Source: Tubulanus polymorphus (Eukaryota; Animalia; Nemertea). From it: a stretch of DNA of 64,000 nt. The stretch spans positions 11,284,001 through 11,348,000 of the forward strand of contig NC_134025.1 in the NCBI RefSeq assembly GCF_964204645.1, given 5' to 3'. This document shows positions 41,570-53,752 of this stretch, one piece after another. The notes under the pieces are model-generated. The model was not told the origin of the DNA, did no database searches, and saw nothing but the letters and a program-made list of their open reading frames with translations. Position 1 is the first letter of the stretch, and every line of letters starts with the position of its first letter. Position numbers and translations under genes: made by a program.

Positions 41570-41716
41570 CAGTAGAACCCGTTTACTTCGGATCATTTGG
41601 GACCAACATCTTCTTACGGGTCATTTTCTTGTATATTCAATGAACAAATGGCTGCAGTTAATATCCGGATTAGACCAGAATCTGGATTAAGCCGATCCGG
41701 ATTGAGGGTTTGACTG
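41570..41716. mobile_element. Tc1/mariner(pogo)-type MITE (TA TSD)
   Basis: TA-CAGTAGAACCC ... GGGTTTGACTG-TA. Confidence 0.6.
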
Positions 41717-43338
41717 TATAACCGTGCTCTGCAATATAGAGAGGAAAAGTGTGTATGTACTCCGACGTCTTGATTTTTTCAGAAAAGCGGCGAGTAGGAA
41801 GCCATTTCCGTACTGCGTTAGTTGTGGTCGTATCAACTAAAATGATTAGCTCTTTACCCACATGCGCAATGAGATCATTTTCCAACTTTCTACCGGATTT
41901 TTACCAGAACTCACACGCATGAGTGATATACAATATATACCACGCGCGTCCGGTTGGGCATTGTGAACATTCATGTTTTTGCAGAGCAAGCATATTCATA
42001 ACACAAACAAAACAATCCCGTATCTTTTCCCTCGAATCGTTCACGCTGTACGATATCGGCGACCTGAGAAACTGGCAGAAGAAATCATGGATATAATTAA
42101 CATCACTATCGGGTGTTTCGCTTCACTTCCGCGACCTGGCATGCCTTGATTAATCTATCAGATTAGATAATACCAATAATCGCCGTGGTTATCGGCTTGT
42201 TCTGGTAATTCCGATGGCAATACAGTTTTCGTAACCTGTATGCACATGCTTATGCCGTTCCACGAATCATGGAGCTTGTCTAGTTTAATACGTCTGAATG
42301 CATCGAAGGAAAAGCCGTTCCGTCCTTGAATAGATAATCTTTCAGAGTTCCCCAATGGCGTATATATACAGTATACATGATCTCTCTCAAACGAATTTGA
42401 TTACTAACCAGCTGAACGAACGGTGAAAATGTGGCAGATCAATATTCATGCAAACAAATAGTTTATAGATTAATTCATTGAAAAATGGTTGCCTGCTCTT
42501 TGAACTTACTGCGTAGACTTTTAGTGTTTGATTTGAGAGGATTTTTTTTTTGTATTCGCGTTGAGACAGGGATCGTCCTGGCGATGGTACCTGTATTGTA
42601 TTACCACATCATAAGCGATGCTAAGCGCAGGCTCCTTGGTTCTGCGGTGGTATAGCCCGGTGTTGAGTTACGTCTAACAGCAGGTGCAAGCGATAGGCAA
42701 ACATGCGTTTCAGTAGAATCGGTAACCCGATATGACAGATGAGAGGTATTAGCTGCAAGTCGAACTGGAACTCCTGCAAACTTCAATTTCCTGCTTTTCG
42801 AGTAAGAAACTCGCCATATAGTTGGTTAGTCGAAAGTGTTTCGATGCGTAGGCTATACTATGCACAAAGAGACGCAATAAAATCTGTTGGCCTGACGTTT
42901 CGGATATTTTGTCGTACTGATGATGCCATACAATAGGAGAATCATCGATATTAAAAATCAAATCCAGTAGTATCATAGAATCCGCCCTTATTTGAAATTG
43001 TGAAAATACTGTAAGTCCTGGTTTTTTCCCTCAGTCGAAAAATGCGACTCGAAAACAAATCGTTTTAGAATCCATGGTTGAAACTACTAAGTATCTGCAC
43101 CATCATCACCTATCAATATCCCTTCTGGACAGGATGCTGGAAAGATTCATATAACCATATGGACTCCAAAACGTTTTAGAGTCCATGATAAAACGATAAA
43201 CGTGTGAGTGAAGATGAAATGAAATATACGTCTATATATACATGTACATACTCTTTCGTATGGCCTCTTCTCGCAGAAGGGAAACAAACCCTTTATCCGG
43301 AATCGCTTTTGGATGGTTAGAAAGATAAACGTGTTTTA

Positions 43339-43501
43339 CAGCAGACACTTTCCGAGTCGGATCCGATCAACTCGGATCTTTATTGAAACATTTTCATGAC
43401 TTATGATATGAAATACATAACGTGCAACTCGGATAGGCCTATCACTCAAGTCGGACACATTATTACGGTCCAAAAAGATCAGGCTTGAGCGAAGTCTACT
43501 G
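43339..43501. mobile_element. Tc1/mariner-type MITE (TA TSD)
   Basis: TA-CAGCAGAC ... GTCTACTG-TA, with internal TCGGA repeats. Confidence 0.55.
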
Positions 43502-44671
43502 TATTTATTCATTTCAACTTCAGAGTTGACTTCCTAGCTATGCGCCCATGTACAAAATGATAGCTGAATGATTTTACGATGAATGACTTCGGCATTTTTT
43601 GTCTCTCGAGGGTCGCATCACACTCGAACAAAACTTATAGTTTCGGCATGTGGCGAAGTTCGCATCCTGGAGCAGCGAAGAGACGCCGGCTGATCGAGTT
43701 GTGCGCGGTTTTATTCAGATGTATCGGGTTACATGACCATATAATCTGAATGCGAATTTATACCAGTGTTTACCGAGCTCTATTTGGTTCCATTTCGTTG
43801 GGAGCTGGCGTTTATTTATTGAATCGATCTCTCCCGCGCGAGTTGCAGAAAGGAATGGGCATCGGACGAACAATAGCGGTAGAAAATACGTTCGCCTGCT
43901 CCTATACGGTGTGACGTCATCGCCAAATCGTATAATGGTATTGAGTCTTGATTCTTAGTTGCGTAAAACGTATTTACATATAGTATGGACCGTTGTGGGT
44001 TTCGGATTTCGCGAAACAAAATAACGTTTTAATTAGAACTATAGCAAGGGCAAACACCGATCAAATTTCATCGGTAATTCGAACCGATGACCGATTTTGA
44101 CAACCATGTAACCCTACACGTATGTATGATACGTCTCAACATTTGTAATCAGAAAGCAAATACGATTAAGATGTTTAACGACGGTAGACATCCTCTTCAA
44201 TATTTTCACTTGCAGTTTTGCTCTTTGGCCCCTGCTCTATACGCATTCATGTATATGTAACTACAGCATGTTCATTTGCTTATGCTGGGAAAATGTTCAC
44301 GATAGAGCGCTTGTCAAACTCTTGACAATGCAAATGTAGCGTTCTCGGTCGGACAAGAAACAACTGTTCAATTCCTCGTACATATATATATATACATATC
44401 TCTTCTGAACAATGCATCCTTCTTATCTTCAGAATAAATAAATAACCTGCGTAAATGCACGAACACCGTATACTTAAACGAAATATAGGTAACTGTACGA
44501 CGAATTTCTTATGTCGAGCAGATAGATCAGCTATCGTGGTTGTTTTTGTGGGAACCATCCGGGGTAACTGCATTCTTCAATAGCGTGTGTGTGTGTGTGT
44601 ATGTATATAACAGTGAACTACATCTTTCAGCATCAGCGCGAGATTTCACTTTTCCATAACAATGTGCTTAT

Positions 44672-45000
44672 AGCCGCGATCACGCGGAGGCGATTTGGCC
44701 CGAGCCAAATTGGAACGGATCAGGCCCGATTCAAATTTGTCCCCTGACATAATCGAGAGCGCATTCGCATTTAAATCATTCACTCTGTATTTAACGAAGT
44801 TAAACAAAGCGAGTCTCTTCCGGAACCAGTTGCGATGGACTCTAAAACTAAACTCTTCGTTTTAGAGTCCATGATTTAACCAATGCTAAGATTTGGTTCA
44901 GGCCTGGTCCGACGTTTTTAGTCGGGTCAAGCAAACACGGACCCATTTGGCACCCGTGAGATCAGTTGTTCCGGCCCAAAAATGCTCGTGTGATCACGGC
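44672..45000. mobile_element. Same Harbinger-like MITE family, downstream of the Six1/2 stop
   Basis: AGCCGCGATCACGCGGAGGCGATTTGGCCC ... AAATGCTCGTGTGATCACGGC. Confidence 0.7.
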
Positions 45001-45521
45001 ATCAGCCCAACTAGTTTTCGGTGTAATGAGTAAAAGTTGGGCCCTGCGAATACATGTATAACGGTTCCGAATTTTTAGGGGAACACTACTGACGACAACC
45101 AAGAATCCTATCGACTATCAACATTGGCGAAATGAAAATCCCATTGGGCCTTTCGTGAGCTAGAATATACTTATATGCAAATACAGTCATTAGTACATAA
45201 TTATATTAATGTGTATTTAGATAAAATCAAACCAAGGTGACACATAATCCACAGGGTTACATTGAAATATACAAGAAAATATCATACAGAAAATTGCTTC
45301 GCAACATATGAGGGAACGACAATATGTTTGCAAATTCAGCCCCTTCACATCGTTCGAAATCCAAAGCAGTCAGATCCCAGACCAGTCAAAAACGCAAATG
45401 AAATATAAGAACAAATCATATTCGACAAACGCCATCAATAGAGCAGTTGCTTTTTGAGTGACAACACGATTCATATATCCGCCCGTACGAAAAGAAATAG
45501 ATGTCGCCACTATAGTTCTTG

Positions 45522-45831
45522 TCATAACGCGTGGTAGTCCGATAGCATGCTCGTGACGTCGGTCGAGCCGTTGCTCATGTTTATCGGTTGAGACTGGATC
45601 ATGTGATGTTGCTGGTGGTGGTGAGCGTGGTGCATGACATGCAGCATATCCGTGGTCATGGGCGGAGGAGCGGTCGTTTTGTGTAAATCGGCGAATATTC
45701 CGTGGTCTTGCTCGTGTTTTATCCGATTATCGTTCATTTCCTCGCCGCCCGACATGTCCCCGAGATCCTTGCCGTCGCCCATGATATCGCTGCCCTCGCC
45801 CGCGGAGCCTGTGCTGGCGTTGCCACTTTCT
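45522..45831 (-). CDS. Six1/2: Six1/2 coding exon 2 (C-terminal low-complexity, His-rich region)
   Basis: Acceptor tcttttcag|A completes the split Arg codon (AG|A). The frame continues ESGNASTGSAGEGS...HHAHHHQQHH...SMLSDYHAL to TGA at 45522-45524, and the segment is GC-richer than its flanks. The intron position just after the homeodomain matches Six1/2 genes. Confidence 0.88.
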
Positions 45832-48800
45832 CTGAAAAGACATGAAATAAATTTTCGCATGAGAAACCATGAAATGCAGAGTCAAAAAGTATTCATTTCG
45901 TAACCAGCAGCTGATAAAGAGTTTTACATTTAATCATTGAATGGGAACGCCAAGGGTTTATTGTATCCAAAAACCCGTCGTATCGTCGTTAATTTTCTAT
46001 ACCGAAAAACCGTTACAAAAAAAAAATGTTTATATATTGATAACTATTTGCGTTATTTAGGGGGTACAATGAGAGTCGATGTGCACTACGTCATCAATAT
46101 TGGCGTTTCAAATTTACAATTACTTCTGTGAATATTGGCGTTGATTTTGTTGTTAAATCAATTCCATGACACTTATTTTCTTTTCAATGATTTTACATTA
46201 TCATATGATACTGAATTTCAATTGCAATTGATAGTGTTGAGTGGATGTGCACTACGTCATCAATATCGGGAGCAGACTGGGGCTGGTCAATTCAATTGTC
46301 GATTCAAAATTAAGATACTTAATTGATCCTTAAATCTATATTATCAATAGCGGTAACAGGCCGGTTTAACCGCGGACTATAAAACGAAGAGTGGTTACTG
46401 AATGTATCTTCGTTATTTTCGCACATTGATAGCTATCTGCTTGAACTGGTGCAACGGCTATTTCGTTAGTCGAAAACAATTACGCGACCCCCAACAATCC
46501 GAAAATATATATAAAGCATCTTCTGCAATAGCGTCTTAGAAAATCACAGCAGTTGATAAGCACTGGACTGAGTCTGACTGAAAAATACTTCTTTGCATGC
46601 ATCCTAAAATTATGTCACCATTAGTGATCTCTACGGACGTGATATCTCGCACATGATACCTTCAGTAGGTGAAGTACCCATTCTCCACGGGCAGGTAGAT
46701 GACATAACCCGTTCATAATATTCATACATTTTAGAATGCTCCAACTCGGCCATTGTATCGAAAAGTTGTAAATTCCGAGCCTTAAAAAACACCCGTGATT
46801 TTCACGGGTTTTTCGCTAGTGACATCATTTACTATCGATAATACAATGAACATGTTAATACATGTGTATATTCTATTTTCATCAATAAACTTTCAAGTTA
46901 GCTATCTTGCTCGTTCACGATCCACTGATGTCGATTTCAATCGTAACTGCTGTCACAGGGCTCCCACGTCGGTTTTCACAACGATATAATTTCCCGACGA
47001 GCACACGACAAAAGAACCACTTCAGTTCATCATTTTCAAGGCAGGAAAAAAATCCATCCAACAGACAAAGACACATCGGCTGACAATATGGTGCTACGAA
47101 TCGATATGGAATAAATGAAAACCAACTCTAGAGATATATTAGTAGGCTACTCTAGCGAGCGTACCGCGGTAGGCCTGGGGGCCCGATAATACAGAATATC
47201 ATTTAAAAGCGTGATATTATTTTATTCAGCCCGCGGCTAATTCTGAAAGTATTTGTACATATCTAAAATCAAATCGAGTCATTTTATCAAGAGGTATAAT
47301 TTTGTATTTATAACATATCACGAAAACACTGCCGCGAAGCACTTGGAATTAAATTAGCGGTATTTCATTTCAATTGAGCCTATTGACTTTTCTATATTAA
47401 TTCTGAATACGTTTGGCCGAGTATGCAAGTGTCATCTCACATGCTACTACTGCACAGATCGAAAAGGGATCTATTTTTACCGAGTTCCGATTCAAGTCGA
47501 CGAGAATCGAATGTTGCATCGAAAATCAAATATTCATAGGCGGATCCAGTAATTTAGAAGTGAGAGAATTTAGAATCTAGATTGAAAGAATGATCATTTC
47601 CTTGAGAGTGATTCTAAAATATAGTGTCCAGCAATAATTTGCCACTATTTTCGAGTACCTTTCTAAATCCATGTTTCGAAAAAAAACCTTGGCAAAAAAT
47701 AGGCGTCCCGGCCCTTTGTCCCCATTCTAAATCTTCCCCATAATATATATTACAATATTCTTGTATCGTGTCGTTTATCTTCTTTCTTTTCATATGAAAA
47801 TTCAAACTTAACTTCCTTGGCGGAATTTCGAAAAAAAACGAGGACCCCCACAGACCCGGGGCAAAAAGCACGCGGCTGTCATCGCGCTTCGAATGCTCGA
47901 CTGACAATTATTAGCCATGGGTGTCGGCCTGTTCGAGCTTTGTCAATCGACCTCTGCCGCCGATGCCGCGCGGAAATTCGATATGTAATGCGATGCCTAA
48001 TTCTATTATGTCGTGATGCGCGAATGAGATTTGCTTATGGCGTTGAGTTATTGAATTGTCTTAAAATAATTCCGGCATTAGCCAATCGTTCATCTCATTA
48101 CAGCAATTTCAGAATCTGCGTCGTGGCATCGACAAGAGCAGTCGAAAAGCTCGAATACACTTAACTTTGATGATTGAAACAGTATTTCGACAAAACACTA
48201 ACCAGGCGCGTGTTGGGGAGTTCGATATAGTTGATTATTCTACATAGTACACATCATGAACGAATACACCCACGATAGTAGCTGGTCAGTACTATCGTAA
48301 ATTCATGATCTACGTATTTTTGGTAGTATGTTGCCACTTCAAACCCTCCCATTCGGCCAGCGATCCGCCGTGTAAATAGGTTCGAATACCTGCCACATGT
48401 ATAGGACTTCGCCCTAGGGCGAGAACCAACGCCACCATGATTCGAACCACGATTAGTGCCCTATACGGAGATGGGATCCGCTGAATTAGAAACTGCAAAA
48501 ATAACACATAGGCTATTTACGAGCAAAGCGCTTAATTTCATCCCGCGCTGACGGAAAATTTGCACCACAATTCAAACCGCGTATTTGCCAGTAACATTTA
48601 ATGCGGGTTACCCCCTGAGGGGGTACTTATTCAAAATAATGCCCAACTCAGAAAAAGATTAGCATAAAGCGGTCAGGATTGAATAGGACGAACATTGTAA
48701 TTCCAATCTATACATCAGTATGTTTAATTTTTTTTTGAGAATTTTGATATTAGCATATGTCAATCAGACTTTCCGGCAGGGAGCTACACCGTACAACAGC

Positions 48801-49089
48801 TGGCGAAAAATAGTTGGATTAGAAATTCACATTAACTGTGACAACTGTGCCTTTTGAGGCAATATCAGTAACACAGACAACGACTGGGCTGTTTTTCATT
48901 GATAAACGCACCCTCATCAATCAATACATTGGCAATCGACGGGTTTGAATGGACAATGGACGGGTCTATGAATGGACTGAGCAATTTCAGGCGTCTGAAT
49001 TTTCCGTACGTTTGAGAATATCGCCATCTACAAGATCTATGTGACTTCTATGAATGAATGTATGAATCTATTTTGCATTTCAAATTGTG

Positions 49090-49590
49090 CCATGGAAAAA
49101 CATGGAAAATGTTATTCAACACCTCTGGTGAACATAAGCAGAAACGAATGACCTTGGAACTCACTCACAGAACATGTCACATCTATGCAACTGTGATGAA
49201 AAATATGCACTGGTGCCTATATCCATAGACACCATGTTGTGCATAGTTCAATATTCAATTCCGCCTGGTGGGGGTAACCTCAATTCCACATGATGAAATG
49301 TATCCTGTGACGGAACTCACAATCATTGATGATATCAAGTCTACTTTAAAACCTGTGATGACGATAATTGATCAAAAGTGTATTCAAAATTTCCTTGGAA
49401 AACCTCCAAAATGCGCAATATACAAGTGCTGATTTTCTCGAGCAATAATGGCCGCCTGTCAGCCATCTTGAATCTAATCGGGCCTGCAAATATGTATATA
49501 CGGTAGATACTAGAAAAACTAACCATAAGCCCGGTTTTGTTTGTTTACAGATGGACGGGCCGACGACGGCGGATGAGAATCAATCGCAAA
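49090..49590 (-). mobile_element. Degenerate HINE family B copy in the Six1/2 intron
   Basis: Diverged 154-bp-type units (TATTCAACACCTCTGGTG, AATGACCTTGGAACTCAC), the segment GTCAGCCATCTTGAATCT shared with 20237-20254, and a GGACGG tract. Confidence 0.6.
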
Positions 49591-52500
49591 GCGGGCTCAA
49601 AATTGTTATCTCGTGATTGGAGGGATGTTAACAACTTTCGCTGAGACAACCTGGCGGTGATTTACAGTCGCGCCGATCACCGTGGAAGCCTCGCGAGACT
49701 TCTACTCGTGTCGCAGTCAGATTCGCCAATGACACGAAACGTTTAATTCAATCTATCGGCGTTTTAATTCCCCGATTAACTCATCTTGGTCAATAAGTTC
49801 AGCCATCTGCCGTTTACCGATTGCCACGTCGATCGTATTACACTCTAGCGTACGAATATTCATTATCGAGAATCTATCTCAAGAACCGGGCTATGACCGT
49901 TTTGACCGGCTAAAACGATTCGAGAAGAGTGCTGCGAGGCTTCCAGAAAGAGAAAACCGGATCATAGATGGCAATTACAACTCGAAGAAACGAACCACCA
50001 AGAAAGATAGGGACAGATCTGGGCAGGGAAGGGGCGGAGCACATACTCCGTGATTTTCCGTGCCATGTCCCTATTTTTCAACTAATAAGCCAGCAGTCAG
50101 GAGCACGAGGTGTAAATCATATTCTCTTTATGTCCCTCAATTGTCGAGAAATTGTATGAAAATGCACTGAAATTTTCACCAAAAAAAAGATTCCAAACCC
50201 TTATTATGGCGGTGTGGACTTGCCCTTTTTAAGTATATATGCCCTTTTTGATGTCTTGTGAACCTGCCAAAGTCCCCCCTGGATCCGCCCCTGCAGGGTT
50301 TCTATCCAAAACCGTTCGGGCCGAATTCGTTGATTGGACCAAGGAAGTCTAGGGCGAGTACGGCTATAGTACAACACGAAGACGATCATGGTGCTTGGCA
50401 TGGCGTATTTCATATCGAACGTTTACATAAGAATAGGCACGATAAGTAATACGTTCGGCTCGTCCGAGAGGACTAAAAACATCCGCTGAAACGCTACTTG
50501 ACGTTTACGTTTGGTTTACGTAAACACGTTCAACACTTCGATGTATGTTTAGATGCCTTCATTCTGCCGTAGCACCGGGAATCCATTCAAACTGCGGTTG
50601 GAAATATTTTCATTGCATCGCCGGGTGATGTTTGCCAAAAATCCGTCCTTGCTTTTACAACAAACTTCCTCCTCGACAGCGAACATCGCATAAGCCCGGC
50701 ATATGCGCGTACGTAAAGCCGGCAGACGTTTTGAGCTCATCACCAACGAGTAGAAAAGCTTGAAAGCGCCTGTGTCTAACGAAAAAGCTTGTAAGGACAC
50801 TCAAAATGCTGGACTGTCATTCCGTATAAACACAACATAATAGACATTGAATCAGCCGAGGAACAATGAGCGTCGTTCACGGCCTGGACAAACATTTTCA
50901 GTCATAGCACTCCATAGACGAAGCAACCGGTATTTCCTTGGCAAATAAACCGGCATTGACAAATTCTGGAGAGGGTTTTCGCCAATTTCGAATGGGCGGT
51001 CGGGAATATTGGCAAGTTCTGTTTGCGCATCGACTTTAGCGCCGCGTTGGCAGCGATTCCCTAAATTACAATCAATTTATGGGATTAGGGACGAGGCTTG
51101 AAATAATATTTAGACTATTTGGACTCGGGTCCATTAGTCTGAAAAGTAACTAAACTCGTCTGTCGATTGTCTGCTAATCACGTTGATTATTTAACAGTTT
51201 TCGGCAATTCATAGATCGGAATCAGCGCACGTACATAGACAGTCGAATCGCTACGAGAAATGAGCCGATCCTGAGAAACTCGAAACCCTTGGACCACAAT
51301 ATCTCGGCCGTATATCCTTAGCTTTACCAACCGCGATCAGCGACCTTTAACCCCGGCATATTTTACGAATCTCCTTCTTTTCTTACAAATCGGCCATAAA
51401 CGCCGCCGAAATTTTCCCATCATTTTTCTAAACCCGACTCTTAGTCCAATATATGATAACCGACCCACCAAAATACCATTGTAGCAATGAAAGTGACAAT
51501 TATGATAACTTATTCAAATCTATACTGAAGGTAAAGTGGGTATATAGAGAATCCCACACTATAAGTCCGAAAAGTTTCCTTTCAGCTAAAAATGTATTCA
51601 TCCGACGTTTCGACTATATCCTAATAGTCATCTTCAGTAAAGCCGGTGCCACAGCTTATTCACGCCTTTGCTACATATTTTGAGGTATGGCAACAGTTAT
51701 GAGTCTCGGATAGGGTAAAATAAAATACCCGGGATCGCCGAACAACACTTTTTTTATGACTGGCACGAAAATCAAAGCCGCAGTATCATTCGTAAGATTT
51801 TTCGACAAAGAAATCGCTCGACTCATCATCCAGGCGTTACTCAACCGGTCGGGAATGATTGCTGATTAATACACCGTCGTGTGGTTGATTCACCGCTGCG
51901 AGGTTTCCAGTCGAACTCTCGAAGCCGAACTACTAATTTCCTATAGTAGAATGATCGGCTGTTTATCTTCGTTCGTAAAACTGTGTAACATAAACAATCT
52001 CGGAGCTGCTGTCTAGACCCATTAGTACAGAAACATATAGAGGTTGATACAGCTTTCGCGGGTTATTTTTCATTACAGATACGTGCTCGTATCGAAGAAT
52101 GTATTATACACATTAAGATATATATCGTAGGCTCGGTTTTCGAAGGACTTGGTCGAAATGTAAGGCAATATAAGGAAATCGGATTTAGGGTGTATGCTTT
52201 GATTTGACTGGTTTCGCGCAATTAATCATATGTTAACCGTACTTAACCTTTTTTACAAACAAAATGTTCGTGAACACTTCACGATAATTCATCATTCGTA
52301 AAATACTCGAGCAATATGAGTAATACAAGACGTGTCGGTGATATAATCGCACAGCTATTTGATTGCCACAAACCCTGGTTTGCCAAGTGAATATCAATGT
52401 CAAAAGCTCATATATTATATATATTTACACATCTCTATAAAAAAAACATTATTATATTCACACATATCTATAAAAAATCCATCAGATATTTATATATTGA

Positions 52501-53106
52501 TCGCTGGAAAAGTTGTATTCAAACATCACTTTTAAAGGGCTAACTCACTCTTCGCGCTAGTGTCCCGTATCTGCATAAAACATGCGAAATACATTAGCAA
52601 TACCAGCGAGTTTCTTCGAAGAAGCAATTGATTCTAAAGGCAACGAGTAATTATCACTTTCAACGGCTTTAGATTTCGTAATAATCGACAATTCGGTGGT
52701 AGCTTTATCGACGTTTAAATCTATCTAGTTAGGAGAGTTTATTAAAGATGCAATTGAATGCTATCGAATTTCGATTTAGCTATAAAACTGGAGAGCCAAA
52801 CCGTTCTCGAGGTTTCAGACTCTATTGTGCTCGACTGCGCTCGAAACATTTCTTTTGTTCGGCGCTAATTTCAGCGACGAACCTTTCGTATGAATATCGC
52901 ATTTTAACCGTTATCTATATAATTTCGAATGTCAATTATTTACCTTTACAACGTGCACCTATATTTCCCAGACCCGGTGACGATATAACAAATTAGCCGA
53001 CGTTGAAAATATGGTAGCCATTATACTTAACGCGCATGACGGTATGAATCATGTCGTGCGGTTGTACTGGCCATTATTTTTTTTTCTTTTCGATGATTAT
53101 AATTAC

Positions 53107-53705
53107 CTTTCTTTCACTTCGGCGGCTCGATCTCTTTGGCGTCGATTTTTAAACCAGTTGCTAACTTGAGTCGTCGTCAAACCCGTACCTTCGGCTAGTT
53201 CCCGTTTCTCGCGCGGCGACGGGTACGGGTTGTGATTGTACCATTCTCTGAGAACGTTTCGCGATTTCTCTTTGAAACAGTAGCTCGTCTCCTCGCCGTC
53301 CCAGATCGTCCTGGGCAGCGGGAATTTCCGCCGAACCCGATATTTCCCCACAGCACCGAGTGGCCGGCCGCGTAACTTTTCGGCTTCCAAATAGTGCGCT
53401 TTCAGCCATAATCCTTGCAATTTCGGATGGTTGCACGGCGTGAAATGGTTATTTTCCACGAGTTTGTAAAGTTCTTTGAAATTCCCACGGTTGAAGGCGA
53501 CGACGGCCTTTGCGGTGAGAACGCTTTCATTTTTGTGAAGATGCTCGCAGGCCGGCAACGACCAGAGGAACCGGGCTAGTCTTTCGATATTTCCCCCCTG
53601 TTGAAGCACCTCGCAAACGCAGGCGACTTGCTCCTGCGTGAAACCGAACGATGGTACCACCGATCCTTGCCCGTTGAGCGTCTGCGGATCTTGATCGTTC
53701 AACAT
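53107..53705 (-). CDS. Six1/2: Six1/2 (sine oculis) homeobox transcription factor, coding exon 1 (SIX domain + homeodomain)
   Basis: The translation contains the SIX domain ([32 protein letters not shown]...[26 protein letters not shown]). The homeodomain carries the ETSY tetrapeptide diagnostic of Six1/2 and ends [17 protein letters not shown]. Donor AG|GTAATT (phase 2) at 53107/53106. Confidence 0.98.
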
Positions 53706-53739
53706 GGTATGTACCGAGGTATCAAAATTCAGTCCGCAG

Positions 53740-53752
53740 CATTTCAGGTTAC
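53740..53752 (-). promoter_or_regulatory. Candidate Sine oculis/Six binding site just 5' of the Six1/2 start codon
   Basis: GTAACCTGAAATG matches the Drosophila So consensus GTAANYNGANAYS at every position. It is flanked by GGTATCA (53718), MEF3-like ACAGGTTTC (53751) and TGATAC (53784). Confidence 0.5.

Noticed and set aside
43173-43181. GTTTTAGAG resembling the start of a type II CRISPR repeat
   Set aside because: Only a 9-bp coincidence inside a palindromic mini-element; no array.
53103-53106. Six1/2 ending at ...EVKER* as a single-exon gene
   Set aside because: The TAA is part of the GTAA splice donor, and a phase-compatible exon 2 exists at 45831.
53161-53436. Alternative-frame ORF within Six1/2 exon 1 (and antisense ORF 45634-45903)
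   Set aside because: Shadow ORFs of GC-rich coding sequence with no recognisable motifs.
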